Source of the DNA: an uncultured Prevotellaceae bacterium
Lineage (GTDB): Bacteria; Bacteroidota; Bacteroidia; Bacteroidales; Bacteroidaceae
Direction: 5' to 3'
NCBI GenBank assembly: GCA_947167515.1
Contig: CAMVIM010000009.1
Span: forward strand, 8,522-72,521
DNA length: 64,000 bases
The notes under the pieces were generated by a model. That model was not told the origin of the DNA. It was given only the letters and a program-made list of their open reading frames with translations, and ran no database searches. Shown piece after piece: positions 35,346 to 44,856 of the stretch. The stretch's first letter is position 1. The number at the start of each line of letters is the position of its first letter. The position numbers were made by a program, and so were the translations under genes.

Positions 35346-37409
35346 ATGAAACGAAACCTGTTGTTTTTGTCGCTGTTGCTGGCGGCAGTGGGCACGAATG
35401 CTCAGGTAGCCTCGGTGACGAGTCCCGATGGTCGCCTGAAAGTGAATCTGGATGTGAAGGCAGGAAAGCCTGTCTATGAAGTGTTCTACGATGGAAAGCA
35501 GATGCTGGACGAGAGTCCGCTGGGTTTTGTGGCCGACAATGGCGACTTTTCGCAAGGCATCACCTTCGAGGGCATGAAAGAGACTCACCTGGAATTTAAC
35601 TACGATCTGCGTGCCAGCAAGCAGAGCCATGTGCATGTGGATGCAAACCAGCTGGTGGTGACGCTGAAGAACGCACAGGGAAATCCCTTCGATGTGGATT
35701 TCCGTGTGAGCAACAACGATGTGGCATTCCGCTACGCCATTCCCAACCATCCCAGCCGTGCGAACGAGAAGAAGTTCTCCATCCGCATCATGAAGGAGGC
35801 TACTGGCTTTGACCTGCCTGGCGGAACCACCACGTTCCTCACCCCTCAATCGCATGCCATGATTGGCTGGAAGGGTACAAAACCCAGTTATGAAGAGGGG
35901 TATGGCTATGATGAACCGATGGACAAGAAGAGTGGTTATGGGCATGGATATACGTTCCCTTGTCTGTTCCGCATACCCTCCCTCCTGCAGGGAAAGGAGA
36001 GGGGAGCGGATGGGTGGGTGCTCATCTCCGAGACAGGTGTGGATTCCCGCTACTGTGCCTCCCGCCTCTCCGACATGAAGGGCGATGGACTCTATACGGT
36101 GGAGTTCCCGATGCCAGAAGAGAACAACGGCAATGGCACTGTGGAACCTGCTTTTGCTTTGCCGGGCGTGACTCCTTGGCGCACCATCACGGTGGGCGCA
36201 TCGCTCAAGCCGATTGTGGAAACAACGGTGCCGTGGGATTATGTGACTCCTCGCTACGACACTCCCCATCATTATGAATACGGAAAAGGCACATGGAGTT
36301 GGATTGTTTGGCAGGACAACTCCATCAACTACGATGACCAGGTGAAGTACATCCAGTTGGCTAAGGCAATGGGCTTCAAGTATGTGCTCATAGACAACTG
36401 GTGGGACACGAACATTGGCGTGGAGAAGATGGAGCAGTTGGTGAAGTATGCACAGAGCCAGGGCGTGGATGTGTTCCTGTGGTACAGTTCCAGCGGATGG
36501 TGGAACGACATCGAGCAAGGCCCGATCAACATCATGAGTGACCCCATCAAACGTAAGCAATATATGCGCTGGATGAACCTGATTGGTGTGAAGGGCATCA
36601 AGGTCGATTTCTTCGGAGGCGACAAGCAGGAGACGATGCGTCTGTATGAGGAGATTCTCTCCGATGCCGACGACAACCACATCATGGTCATCTTTCACGG
36701 CTGCACCATTCCTCGTGGTTGGGAGCGTATGTACCCCAACTATGTGGGCAGCGAGGCTGTGCTGGCATCTGAAAACATCTACTTCGGACAAGGCGCTGCC
36801 GACAAGGAGGCGAAAGATGCGGCCACGCACCCCTTCATCCGCAATGCCATCGGTTGCATGGAGTTTGGCGGCTGCTTCATGAACCGTCACATCCACAAGG
36901 GCAACAAGGGAGGCACCACGCGCCGCACCACTGACTGCCACGAACTGGCCACTTGCGTCCTCTTCCAAAACCCCATCCAGAACTTCGCCATTACCCCCGA
37001 AAACCTTCCTGCCCATGCACTGGGTGAGGATTCCGCTGCGGACAGCAAGGCTTCGGAAACCATCGATTACAATGCCCCTGGAGCACCTGCTCCTGCCATC
37101 AGCATGGACTTCCTGCGTCAGGTGCCCACCACGTGGGACGAGACCGTTTTCATCGATGGCTATCCGGGTAAGTATTGTGTGCTCGCCCGTCGTCATGGCG
37201 ACACTTGGTACATCGCTGGCAACAATGCCACAGGTGCTCCTCTCACGCTCAAACTCAACCTCCCCATGCTCCAGAAGGGCGATAAGGCCACGCTCTACAG
37301 CGACAACCTCAAAGACCGTGAACCCCGAAAGTCTGAACTGAAGGTGAGCAACCCCAAGGCTGTCAGCGTGACCATGGCTGACCAAGGAGGCTTTGTGGTG
37401 GTGAAATGA
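35346..37409 (+). CDS. GH97 alpha-glucosidase (SusB-like)
   Basis: 687 aa with a signal peptide. The N-terminus SPDGRLKVNLDVKAGKPVYEVFYDGKQMLDESPLGF and the central KGIKVDFFGGDKQ are typical of GH97. Confidence 0.85.
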   Translation: MKRNLLFLSLLLAAVGTNAQVASVTSPDGRLKVNLDVKAGKPVYEVFYDGKQMLDESPLGFVADNGDFSQGITFEGMKETHLEFNYDLRASKQSHVHVDANQLVVTLKNAQGNPFDVDFRVSNNDVAFRYAIPNHPSRANEKKFSIRIMKEATGFDLPGGTTTFLTPQSHAMIGWKGTKPSYEEGYGYDEPMDKKSGYGHGYTFPCLFRIPSLLQGKERGADGWVLISETGVDSRYCASRLSDMKGDGLYTVEFPMPEENNGNGTVEPAFALPGVTPWRTITVGASLKPIVETTVPWDYVTPRYDTPHHYEYGKGTWSWIVWQDNSINYDDQVKYIQLAKAMGFKYVLIDNWWDTNIGVEKMEQLVKYAQSQGVDVFLWYSSSGWWNDIEQGPINIMSDPIKRKQYMRWMNLIGVKGIKVDFFGGDKQETMRLYEEILSDADDNHIMVIFHGCTIPRGWERMYPNYVGSEAVLASENIYFGQGAADKEAKDAATHPFIRNAIGCMEFGGCFMNRHIHKGNKGGTTRRTTDCHELATCVLFQNPIQNFAITPENLPAHALGEDSAADSKASETIDYNAPGAPAPAISMDFLRQVPTTWDETVFIDGYPGKYCVLARRHGDTWYIAGNNATGAPLTLKLNLPMLQKGDKATLYSDNLKDREPRKSELKVSNPKAVSVTMADQGGFVVVK

Positions 37410-37497
37410 TGGAGAAATGATGGTGAAATGATAGGATATAAGCGAAAAAACTTCAATACACTCTTTTTTTATTAACCCTAAAAACATTAAAAACGAA

Positions 37498-38553
37498 ATG
37501 AAAAAGAATTTTCTGATGCTTGCAGTGGCACTGATGTGCTTCTTTGCAGATCTGAACGCACAGTGCAACTGTGCTGGTGGCAATGGTGGTGGCGTGAAGC
37601 GTCAGCCTGTCAACATGATTCTTGATGCCGACTTTGGCAGCTCGACAGACGACCTTGTTGCGCTGATGATGTTGAACCACTACATCGACGAGGGGCTGGT
37701 TGACCTCAAGGGTGTCGTGGTGGATCGCGAAGGCGAGAACAACGCTGGTGTGGTGGACATCTTCAACACTTACTACGGTCACCCCTACATCCCCGTCGGT
37801 TTGGAGCGTAATGGCGTGAAGAATCCTCGCGTGTTCATCCCTTACAATGGCATTTGCGACCTGAAAGATGCACAGGGCAACCCGCTCTTCAAGCGCAGCT
37901 TTGATGCCAGCAAGTGCATGGATGGTTGGAAGCTTTATCGCAAGCTGTTGAGCAAGGCTGAAGACAAGTCTATCGTGATTGTGGCTATCGGTTTTGCCAC
38001 TTCGCTGGCGCAGCTGATGGAGTCGAAGGCCGACGAGTACTCCAAGCTCAGCGGTGTTGACCTCTTCGCCCAGAAGGTGAAGGCCGTGTATGTGCAGGCA
38101 GGTCGTTTCGAACCTGAAGACAGCACGAGTGGCTACAACATGCGCGCTGCTTCGAAGCAGGCTGCTGTGTTCTACGACAAGTTGCCTGAGAGTGTGGAAC
38201 TGATTATGTCGCCAAGTTATGTGGGTGAGAGCATGAACTATCTGCCAGAGGATGTGATTGCCGACCTCTCATGGACAGACCACAACCCCATCAAGGCGGT
38301 GTACACGAACTATACTTGCGATACAGGCCAGCGTATGTGGGATGTGAACTGTGTGACGAACGCTATCTTTGGCGATGGTGGCTTCAACATGTCGGCTCCA
38401 GGCTTTGTGACTTTCGTGGACAAGGGTGAAGAATCTCTTATGCTTTTCAAGCAAGACCCTTACGGCAACGCCCGTTATCAGCTTCCTTTTGACACTTACG
38501 GCAGCATGGAGAAACTGATGGAGATGCGTCGCCACAACAGAATGAGAAAGTAA
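37498..38553 (+). CDS. Exported nucleoside-hydrolase-like protein
   Basis: Signal peptide followed by the IUNH-type aspartate cluster ILDADFGSSTDDLVAL. Confidence 0.65.
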   Translation: MKKNFLMLAVALMCFFADLNAQCNCAGGNGGGVKRQPVNMILDADFGSSTDDLVALMMLNHYIDEGLVDLKGVVVDREGENNAGVVDIFNTYYGHPYIPVGLERNGVKNPRVFIPYNGICDLKDAQGNPLFKRSFDASKCMDGWKLYRKLLSKAEDKSIVIVAIGFATSLAQLMESKADEYSKLSGVDLFAQKVKAVYVQAGRFEPEDSTSGYNMRAASKQAAVFYDKLPESVELIMSPSYVGESMNYLPEDVIADLSWTDHNPIKAVYTNYTCDTGQRMWDVNCVTNAIFGDGGFNMSAPGFVTFVDKGEESLMLFKQDPYGNARYQLPFDTYGSMEKLMEMRRHNRMRK

Positions 38554-38560
38554 AAACTAA

Positions 38561-38656
38561 TGTAAAAGTGAAAAATGAGAGATTTGCTACCGCAGCAGTA
38601 GGTCATCTTATTGACTTACCCGTGCGGTAGCAAATCTCTCATTTTTCACTTTTACA
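38561..38656. repeat. Hairpin element, copy 1: 34-bp perfect stem and 28-nt conserved loop
   Basis: 38561-38594 tgtaaaagtgaaaaatgagagatttgctaccgca is the exact reverse complement of 38623-38656. The loop is gcagtaggtcatcttattgacttacccg. It sits between convergent genes. Confidence 0.85.
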
Positions 38657-38675
38657 TTTTTCTTCTCTTCAATTG

Positions 38676-39722
38676 TTATCCTTCCCTGAAAAAGTCCAGC
38701 ATTTCGAAGATTTCCTCTTTGTTGGCTGTCTGATTGATGCGGATGTCGCCTATGCCCGCCAATAGGGTGAAGTTGATGATGCCTGCGGTGTTTTTCTTGT
38801 CGTGCGTCATGTAGCCATATAATTCCTCGTAGTCATCGCAGGTGATGGGTAATGTACCGTAGTTTCCCTTAATGAATCGAACCGTTTGACGCATCTTGTC
38901 TGTTGGAAATCCTGTCTTGATGCAGGAGAGGTAGAGTTCGCAGATGAGTCCCCAAGCCACAGCATAGCCATGCAGGTAGGGTTTGCGATTGAGTGCCCAA
39001 CTCTCGAAAGCGTGTCCTGCCGTATGTCCAAGGTTGAGTGCCTTGCGGATGCCGTGTTCCAGGGGGTCTTCTTTCACAATATGTTCCTTGATGGCGACAG
39101 AGGTGCCAACCATCTGGCCAAGGTGCAGGTAGTCGATGTTATCCACGTCGAACGTGAGCAGTTCTGCGAAGTTCTTGTCGTTCGAAATCAATCCATGTTT
39201 CAGCATTTCTGCATAGCCGGAGAGGACATTCTCGTGGTCAAGAGTTTTCAGGAACTCAGTGTCGATGATGACTGTTTCAGGGGCATTGAACACGCCAATC
39301 TCATTCTTCAAGCCATTGAAATTGATGCCTGTCTTGCCACCCACACTGGCATCGACCATGCTCAATAGCGTTGTGGGCACGTTGATGTACTTGATGCCTC
39401 GCTTGAAGGTGCTGGCAGCAAAGCCTCCGAGGTCGGTCACCATGCCACCTCCGAGGTTGACCAGCAGCGAATGACGGGTGCCGCCACCATTGCCCAACTC
39501 TGTCCATACACCTGCCAGCGTGTCCAGCGTCTTGTGGGTGTCGGTGGCACCGATTGTGATGTGCACAGCCTCTGCCAAACAGGGAATGTCCTTTACTAGA
39601 GGAAGGCACAATTGGTGGGTGGTTTCGTCAGTCAGCAGGAAGAGTTTGTCGTGCTTCACCTCCTCCACCGCCGCAGTCAACGTCTGCATGATATGGGTTG
39701 AAATAACTACTTTATTTGCCAT
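38676..39722 (-). CDS. aroB: 3-dehydroquinate synthase
   Basis: 348 aa with NLGGGMVTDLGGF, VPTTLLSMVDASVGGKTG and the HGHTAGHA metal site. Confidence 0.9.
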   Translation of the reverse strand: MANKVVISTHIMQTLTAAVEEVKHDKLFLLTDETTHQLCLPLVKDIPCLAEAVHITIGATDTHKTLDTLAGVWTELGNGGGTRHSLLVNLGGGMVTDLGGFAASTFKRGIKYINVPTTLLSMVDASVGGKTGINFNGLKNEIGVFNAPETVIIDTEFLKTLDHENVLSGYAEMLKHGLISNDKNFAELLTFDVDNIDYLHLGQMVGTSVAIKEHIVKEDPLEHGIRKALNLGHTAGHAFESWALNRKPYLHGYAVAWGLICELYLSCIKTGFPTDKMRQTVRFIKGNYGTLPITCDDYEELYGYMTHDKKNTAGIINFTLLAGIGDIRINQTANKEEIFEMLDFFREG

Positions 39723-39742
39723 GAATGAGTGATAATTTGATG

Positions 39743-39750
39743 CAAAGGTA
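39743..39750 (-). promoter_or_regulatory. -7 promoter box (TAccTTTG on the minus strand) for aroB
   Basis: caaaggta on the plus strand, about 21 nt upstream of the aroB ATG at 39722. Confidence 0.5.
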
Positions 39751-39866
39751 AGAAAACTAAAAACTAAAAACTAAAAACTGAAAATAAAAGTATGTGTTTG
39801 GAGGATAAAAAGGTCTGGTAACTTAAACTTTTAGTCTATAGTTTTTAGTTTTTAACTCAAATTCCG

Positions 39867-39874
39867 TACCTTTG
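39867..39874 (+). promoter_or_regulatory. -7 promoter box (TAccTTTG) for rfbC
   Basis: tacctttg lies about 25 nt upstream of the ATG at 39899. Confidence 0.5.
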
Positions 39875-39898
39875 CATCACATTTAATAAGGAATAGTT

Positions 39899-40471
39899 AT
39901 GATTCATGTGATTGACACCGCTATTGAAGGTGTGAAGATTATTGAGCCTAAACTTTTTGGCGATGCTCGGGGATACTTCTTCGAGTCGTTTTCGCAGCGT
40001 GAGTTTGAGGAGAAAGTTTGCAAGACCGTGTTTGTACAGGACAACGAAAGTCAGTCGGTGGCAGGTGTGGTTCGTGGTTTGCATTTCCAGAAGCCTCCGT
40101 TTACCCAAGCCAAGTTAGTGCGTGTGGTGAAGGGATCTGTGCTGGATGTGGCTGTCGATATTCGCAAGGGAAGTCCTACGTTCGGCCAGCATGTGGCCGC
40201 TATGCTTTCTGCTGAGAACCATCTCCAGTTCTTCGTGCCACGTGGTTTTGCGCATGGCTTTGCCGTATTGAGTGAAGAGGCTGTGTTCCAGTACAAGTGT
40301 GACAACTACTATGCTCCCCAGAGTGAAGGTGCCATAGCATGGGATGACCCCGACCTTGGTATTGATTGGATGGTGCCGATGGAAAATCGCATTTTGTCAG
40401 AAAAAGATGCACACCATCCAAGATTGAAAGATGCCGAATTGGTGTTCGACATCAACGTTCCGTTATATTGA
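39899..40471 (+). CDS. rfbC: dTDP-4-dehydrorhamnose 3,5-epimerase
   Basis: 190 aa with FGDARGYFFESF, RGLHFQ and PRGFAHGF. Confidence 0.95.
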   Translation: MIHVIDTAIEGVKIIEPKLFGDARGYFFESFSQREFEEKVCKTVFVQDNESQSVAGVVRGLHFQKPPFTQAKLVRVVKGSVLDVAVDIRKGSPTFGQHVAAMLSAENHLQFFVPRGFAHGFAVLSEEAVFQYKCDNYYAPQSEGAIAWDDPDLGIDWMVPMENRILSEKDAHHPRLKDAELVFDINVPLY

Positions 40472-40482
40472 AACGAAGAAGT

Positions 40483-40560
40483 AGAAGTGAAAAATTTGCT
40501 ACCGTAGCAGTTGGTCATCTTATTGACTTACCCGTGCGATAGCAAATTTTTTACTTTCCA
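40483..40560. repeat. Hairpin element, copy 2 (imperfect stem, loop 27/28 identical to copy 1)
   Basis: agaagtgaaaaatttgctaccgta ... tgcgatagcaaattttttactttcc. The loop gcagttggtcatcttattgacttacccg differs from copy 1 at one base. Confidence 0.75.
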
Positions 40561-40577
40561 TTTTTCCCTTTTGCCTT

Positions 40578-42161
40578 TTACCTTACAATCGTGAAATTTT
40601 CGTTGAGTGTGAAAGTCTTCTCATAATTTTTTGTCTTGACAGTGTAAGTGTTGCCCATCTCGAACATGGAAATGCTGAGCAAGCTGGAACAGCGTTGTAG
40701 GGAGAAGGGCACGGTGATGGTGTCGAGCAGTTTTCCCTTGGGGTCATAGAGGTGGATGGGTTGGTTTTCTGAAATGTCGATGCCGATGAGAAGGGCGGTG
40801 GGTTGTTTGGCTGTGTAGGTGGTGGGTACGGAAGGCATGTCGCCCATTCCTGCACCAACGGAAAAGACGCGGCCACCCGAAATGGCGATGGGGGAGAAGT
40901 CACAGTCAAGCCCTTCTTCGGGTGCACCTGCCTGGCTCCAAGCAAAGACCGTTCCATCGGTGATGATGATGGCAGGGTCTTGCTGTTCATGTTGCTGTTG
41001 GTTTCCGAAGGGCATGAAGAAAGCACCGGCAAGGTTCGCATCGACGGCATCGTTTGTCGTGCTGATGGCTACCACGTATGCACCGTCAAACTCGATGGGG
41101 GCATTGGCATTGATGGCATCATCGACAGCGGTCACATGCACGTTGCCGCTGTTGAAATCAACGCCTTCCTTTCCCTCGATGCCTTCAGCGCCAGACGAGG
41201 AAGTCTTCACGGTCACGTTGCCGCTGTTTACGATGACCTGCCCCAAGGATTTGATGCCTTTGGCGGTGCTGATATATTTGCGCTTGCCACCAAAACCACC
41301 CCCTGGAGGCATCATGCCGCCTTCGCCTTGAGGAGGGAAGCCACCTTGGATGCTGTCATTGCCTTCAAATTGTGGTCTTCCGAAACCACCCATGAAGCCA
41401 CCACGACGGGTAGTATCATTGAACTCACCACGTGGGCCACCAAAACCACCCATGGGAAATTCGCCGTTTTCCCTCATCTCTTCGAACCGTTGGCGCATTT
41501 CCTCCATCTGAGCCTTAGCCTCCTCGGGCAGGTCGTCAAAACTGAAATTAGCTGGAGGACCACCAAAACCCATCATGCGTGTGGTGTCTTCGCCAAGGTT
41601 GTTGCCTGTGGTTTCCACGTTCAAGGTCAATTCCTCAATGGTGATGTCGTCCTTGCATCGGATGCCCTTGCAACCATCGCCTTTGGCAAGGACATTCAGC
41701 GTTCCCGTACCCGAAAATTTCACCTTGTCCTTTGCCCAAATGACAGCCGCCTTGTGGTTGGCGGTGTCGTTGCAGGCAGCAATCGTGAGGGTGTTCTCTG
41801 TGCCCTTAGCTGCCGTAATCTCAACCTTCTTCTTGTTTTTCAGCCAGATGGGGGCACCTTCTTGAGAAGTGAGCGTAAGTCCTTTCATCTTCACTTTGGC
41901 CTTACCAGCTGTTTTCAAGATGAGTTGTCCATCTTCACTTTTGCCGCTCATCAACACCGTGAGTTTGTGTGTCTGATAGGTGCTGACCACACTCACATGC
42001 GCCCCATTCACTTCCACGCTCACACTGTCTTTTGCCTGTTGTTCCACCTTCGCCGTCGTACCATTGAAGCGAATGGTGATGTCTTCTGCATGGCACACAC
42101 TCCCCATCATCAGGGATAGTGTCCATGCCATCATGATCTGTCTTCTCATGTCAACTTTCAA
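40578..42161 (-). CDS. Secreted beta-helix carbohydrate-binding protein (Cthe_2159-like) with a Gly/Phe/Pro-rich insert
   Basis: Signal peptide, then repeated V.V.G..V.I/T beta-helix-like strands. An internal low-complexity stretch reads GFGGPRGEF..GGFMGGFGRPQFEG..GGFPPQGEGGMMPPGGGFGG. Confidence 0.55.
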   Translation of the reverse strand: MKVDMRRQIMMAWTLSLMMGSVCHAEDITIRFNGTTAKVEQQAKDSVSVEVNGAHVSVVSTYQTHKLTVLMSGKSEDGQLILKTAGKAKVKMKGLTLTSQEGAPIWLKNKKKVEITAAKGTENTLTIAACNDTANHKAAVIWAKDKVKFSGTGTLNVLAKGDGCKGIRCKDDITIEELTLNVETTGNNLGEDTTRMMGFGGPPANFSFDDLPEEAKAQMEEMRQRFEEMRENGEFPMGGFGGPRGEFNDTTRRGGFMGGFGRPQFEGNDSIQGGFPPQGEGGMMPPGGGFGGKRKYISTAKGIKSLGQVIVNSGNVTVKTSSSGAEGIEGKEGVDFNSGNVHVTAVDDAINANAPIEFDGAYVVAISTTNDAVDANLAGAFFMPFGNQQQHEQQDPAIIITDGTVFAWSQAGAPEEGLDCDFSPIAISGGRVFSVGAGMGDMPSVPTTYTAKQPTALLIGIDISENQPIHLYDPKGKLLDTITVPFSLQRCSSLLSISMFEMGNTYTVKTKNYEKTFTLNENFTIVR

Positions 42162-42344
42162 TTATATATAATAATGTGTCATATTCTGTTTAGATGTGTT
42201 CCCGTTTCAATGGCTTAAACCTCCATCGCTTTTTTAGGAATATTTAAACAAAGAGCAGAAAAGCATTTGCAAAGTTATGAAAAAAAACGGGATTATTTGC
42301 CTATCTACTGAAAAAGCCGTTACTTTGCTGAAAATAGCAATCGT

Positions 42345-44687
42345 ATGGCTGATTATTTTGATATAGCATCGCAAGAAGATGTGTTTTCCTCCTATGCCGC
42401 AGAGAATGGAATGCAGGAGCACAACCGCGAAATGAACTTGGCGTGGCAGTTTGTGACAGGCACGAACGTGTCGGTCTTTCTGACGGGTAAGGCAGGAACG
42501 GGGAAGACAACGTTTCTGCGGACACTGAGGGAACGGACGCCCAAACGGATGGTGGTGCTGGCTCCTACGGGGGTGGCTGCCATCAATGCACAGGGACAAA
42601 CCATCCACTCGTTCTTCCAGTTGCCCTTTGGCCCCATCGTGCCGGGCATGACACAGGGAGAGCGCAAGAGCCACTTCAAGATGAGCAAGGAGAAGAAGAA
42701 TCTCATCAAGACGTTGGACCTGCTGGTGATTGACGAAATCTCGATGGTCAGATGCGACGTGCTCGATGCGGTGGATCAGGAACTGCGAAAATATCGTGAC
42801 CGCAGCAAGCCGTTTGGAGGTGTGCAGCTGCTGCTCATTGGCGACTTGCAGCAGTTGGCTCCTGTGGCTCAAGAACGGGAATGGTCGCTGCTTTCCCCAT
42901 ACTATTCAACTCCCTATTTCTTTGGCAGCAAGGCCTTGCAGCAGATTCAGTATGTGACGATTGAACTGATGCACATCTACCGTCAGCAGGATGCGGCCTT
43001 CATCGGTCTTTTGGCGAAAATTCGCAATAATCAGGTGGACACGCCTACGATGAATGCCCTCAATGCAAGGTTTGTGCCTGATTTCATGCCACCGAAGAAT
43101 GAGGATTGGATTCGTCTGACCACACATAATCGCATGGCTCAAGCCTACAATGAAACTCAACTTGATGCCTTGAAGACGAGGGAGGTGGCCTTCATGGCAG
43201 AGATTCACAAGAACTTCCCTGAAAGCAGCTATCCTGCCGAAGAACGCCTCGTGCTGAAAGAGGGTGCGCAGGTGATGTTCATCAAGAATGACCCCAATCC
43301 TGGCAAGGAATACTACAACGGAAAGATTGGTACGGTGAAGGGATTTGTGTGGAACGATGACAGCGACGAACGGCTGATTGTCGTGCATTGCAAGGAGGAT
43401 GACCGCATGATTTATGTGCCTCAGCTGACATGGGAAAACACCAAGTATGTGATTGACGAGGAAACAAAGGAGATTCGTGAGGAGGTGGAAGGCACCTTCA
43501 GACAATATCCTTTGCGACTCGCATGGGCCATCACGGTACACAAGAGCCAAGGCCTGACGTTCGACCATGCTGTGCTCGACATCACCGACTCCTTCACGCA
43601 TGGGCAGGTGTATGTGGCACTGAGCCGTTGCCGCACCCTCGAAGGCATGGTGCTGGCGCGTCCGTTGATGGCAGGGTCGGTCATCACCGATGCCTCGGTG
43701 AACGCCTATATTGACCGCGAACTGGCGGAGGCGCAGCAGACGGAGGGTAAATTGCCGCAGATGAAGTATGACTATTTCATGACGTTGCTCAACGAACTTT
43801 TCGATTTCCAGACGTTGAGGCATGACACACAGTATCTCTACAGGGTGGTGAACGAGCACCTTTATTCCTCCTATCCCGACTATCTTTCGACCCTTCAGCA
43901 GGTGCTTCCCGAAGTGGATGCCCAAGTGATGGCTGTTGCCGTGAAGTTCCGTCAGCAGTATGTGCTGCTCATGCAGCAGAGCGGTGCTTCCTTTGCCCGC
44001 AATGAGCATCTGCAAGAACGGCTGAAGGCAGCCATGGGTTATTTTGACGATAAGCTTCATGAACTTTTCGACCCCGTGGTGGCTGCCTCGAAAGTGAACA
44101 TCAACAACAAGCAGGTGGTCACTCAATACAACAATGCCCTTGATGCTTTCATGCTCTCGCTGAAACTGAAAATCGGTGTGTTCAGCCGTCTGCAACCCAC
44201 AGGCTTCAATGTACGGGACTTTCTCAATGCCAAGGCAAAAGCGGTGCTGGATGAAGTGAAGACCCTCTCCCCATCCCTCTCTCATCATGGGGAGGAATAC
44301 CGTCCGGATGGCTCTCCCCGTAGAGGGGATGATGTCCGCAGGACAGAGAAAGTCTCTAAGAACAGGACCGAGAGAGCCTCTAAGAAGGAGAAGGTGGATA
44401 CCAAACGCGAGACCCTCAAACTCTTTCTCGACGGCAAGCCCATCAAGGAAATTGCAGCTCAACGTTCCCTCACCGTTGGCACCATCGAGAACCACCTCGC
44501 TCATTTTGTGGAACTGGGCGAACTGAAAGTGGACGATGTGGTGAGTACGCCCCATCAGAAAATCATCCGTGGCATCGTCAAGTCCTTCAGCAAAGCCTAT
44601 TCACTCTCCGAGGTGAAAAACCTCCTCCCCAGCGACTACACCTATGCGGAAATCAAACTGGTGATTGCGGACATGAACAAAAAGTGA
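42345..44687 (+). CDS. PIF1/RecD-like superfamily-1 helicase with a C-terminal HTH domain
   Basis: Walker A (LTGKAGTGKTT), DEISMV, GDLQQLAPV and TVHKSQGLTFD, with a C-terminal helicase-HTH-like region (TVGTIENHLAHFVELGEL). Confidence 0.85.
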   Translation: MADYFDIASQEDVFSSYAAENGMQEHNREMNLAWQFVTGTNVSVFLTGKAGTGKTTFLRTLRERTPKRMVVLAPTGVAAINAQGQTIHSFFQLPFGPIVPGMTQGERKSHFKMSKEKKNLIKTLDLLVIDEISMVRCDVLDAVDQELRKYRDRSKPFGGVQLLLIGDLQQLAPVAQEREWSLLSPYYSTPYFFGSKALQQIQYVTIELMHIYRQQDAAFIGLLAKIRNNQVDTPTMNALNARFVPDFMPPKNEDWIRLTTHNRMAQAYNETQLDALKTREVAFMAEIHKNFPESSYPAEERLVLKEGAQVMFIKNDPNPGKEYYNGKIGTVKGFVWNDDSDERLIVVHCKEDDRMIYVPQLTWENTKYVIDEETKEIREEVEGTFRQYPLRLAWAITVHKSQGLTFDHAVLDITDSFTHGQVYVALSRCRTLEGMVLARPLMAGSVITDASVNAYIDRELAEAQQTEGKLPQMKYDYFMTLLNELFDFQTLRHDTQYLYRVVNEHLYSSYPDYLSTLQQVLPEVDAQVMAVAVKFRQQYVLLMQQSGASFARNEHLQERLKAAMGYFDDKLHELFDPVVAASKVNINNKQVVTQYNNALDAFMLSLKLKIGVFSRLQPTGFNVRDFLNAKAKAVLDEVKTLSPSLSHHGEEYRPDGSPRRGDDVRRTEKVSKNRTERASKKEKVDTKRETLKLFLDGKPIKEIAAQRSLTVGTIENHLAHFVELGELKVDDVVSTPHQKIIRGIVKSFSKAYSLSEVKNLLPSDYTYAEIKLVIADMNKK
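44260..44333. repeat. Degenerate second copy of the mtaB palindromic element, in-frame inside the helicase linker
   Basis: agaccctctccccatccctctctcatcatggggaggaataccgtccgg resembles the left arm plus centre of the 12710 element (agaccctctccctaaccctcccccgtaatggggagggaacccatccgg). Confidence 0.45.
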
Positions 44688-44744
44688 ATCCTCTTTTCTG
44701 CCATTTTTGAATCCTCAACGCTTGGAAAAGTCCTCCTTTTTCCC

Positions 44745-44752
44745 TACCTTTG
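44745..44752 (+). promoter_or_regulatory. Orphan -7 promoter box (TAccTTTG) with no protein gene downstream
   Basis: tacctttg lies 58 nt after the helicase stop. The next ~900 nt contain no convincing ORF. Confidence 0.4.
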
Positions 44753-44856
44753 CATACGGGAAGAGAATTGTTTTTGTGCTCTCGGTGTTAAAACTCCCTT
44801 TCTTTCTGTAAAGATGCACCTTTTAGCCGAAAGCACCCCTTCTTTTCTTAAATTCA

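Noticed and set aside
35331-37583. 750-aa ORF on the minus strand
   Set aside because: It is entirely antisense to the strongly supported GH97 gene. The composition is Arg/His/Ala/Val-rich, and there is no promoter box or signal of its own. This is a typical shadow ORF of a GC3-biased gene.
40803-42119. 438-aa ORF on the plus strand
   Set aside because: It is antisense to the secreted beta-helix protein gene and has low-complexity His/Gly/Val-rich translation.
42906-44555. 549-aa ORF on the minus strand
   Set aside because: It is antisense to the PIF1/RecD-like helicase gene, has no recognisable motifs, and has a shadow-ORF composition.
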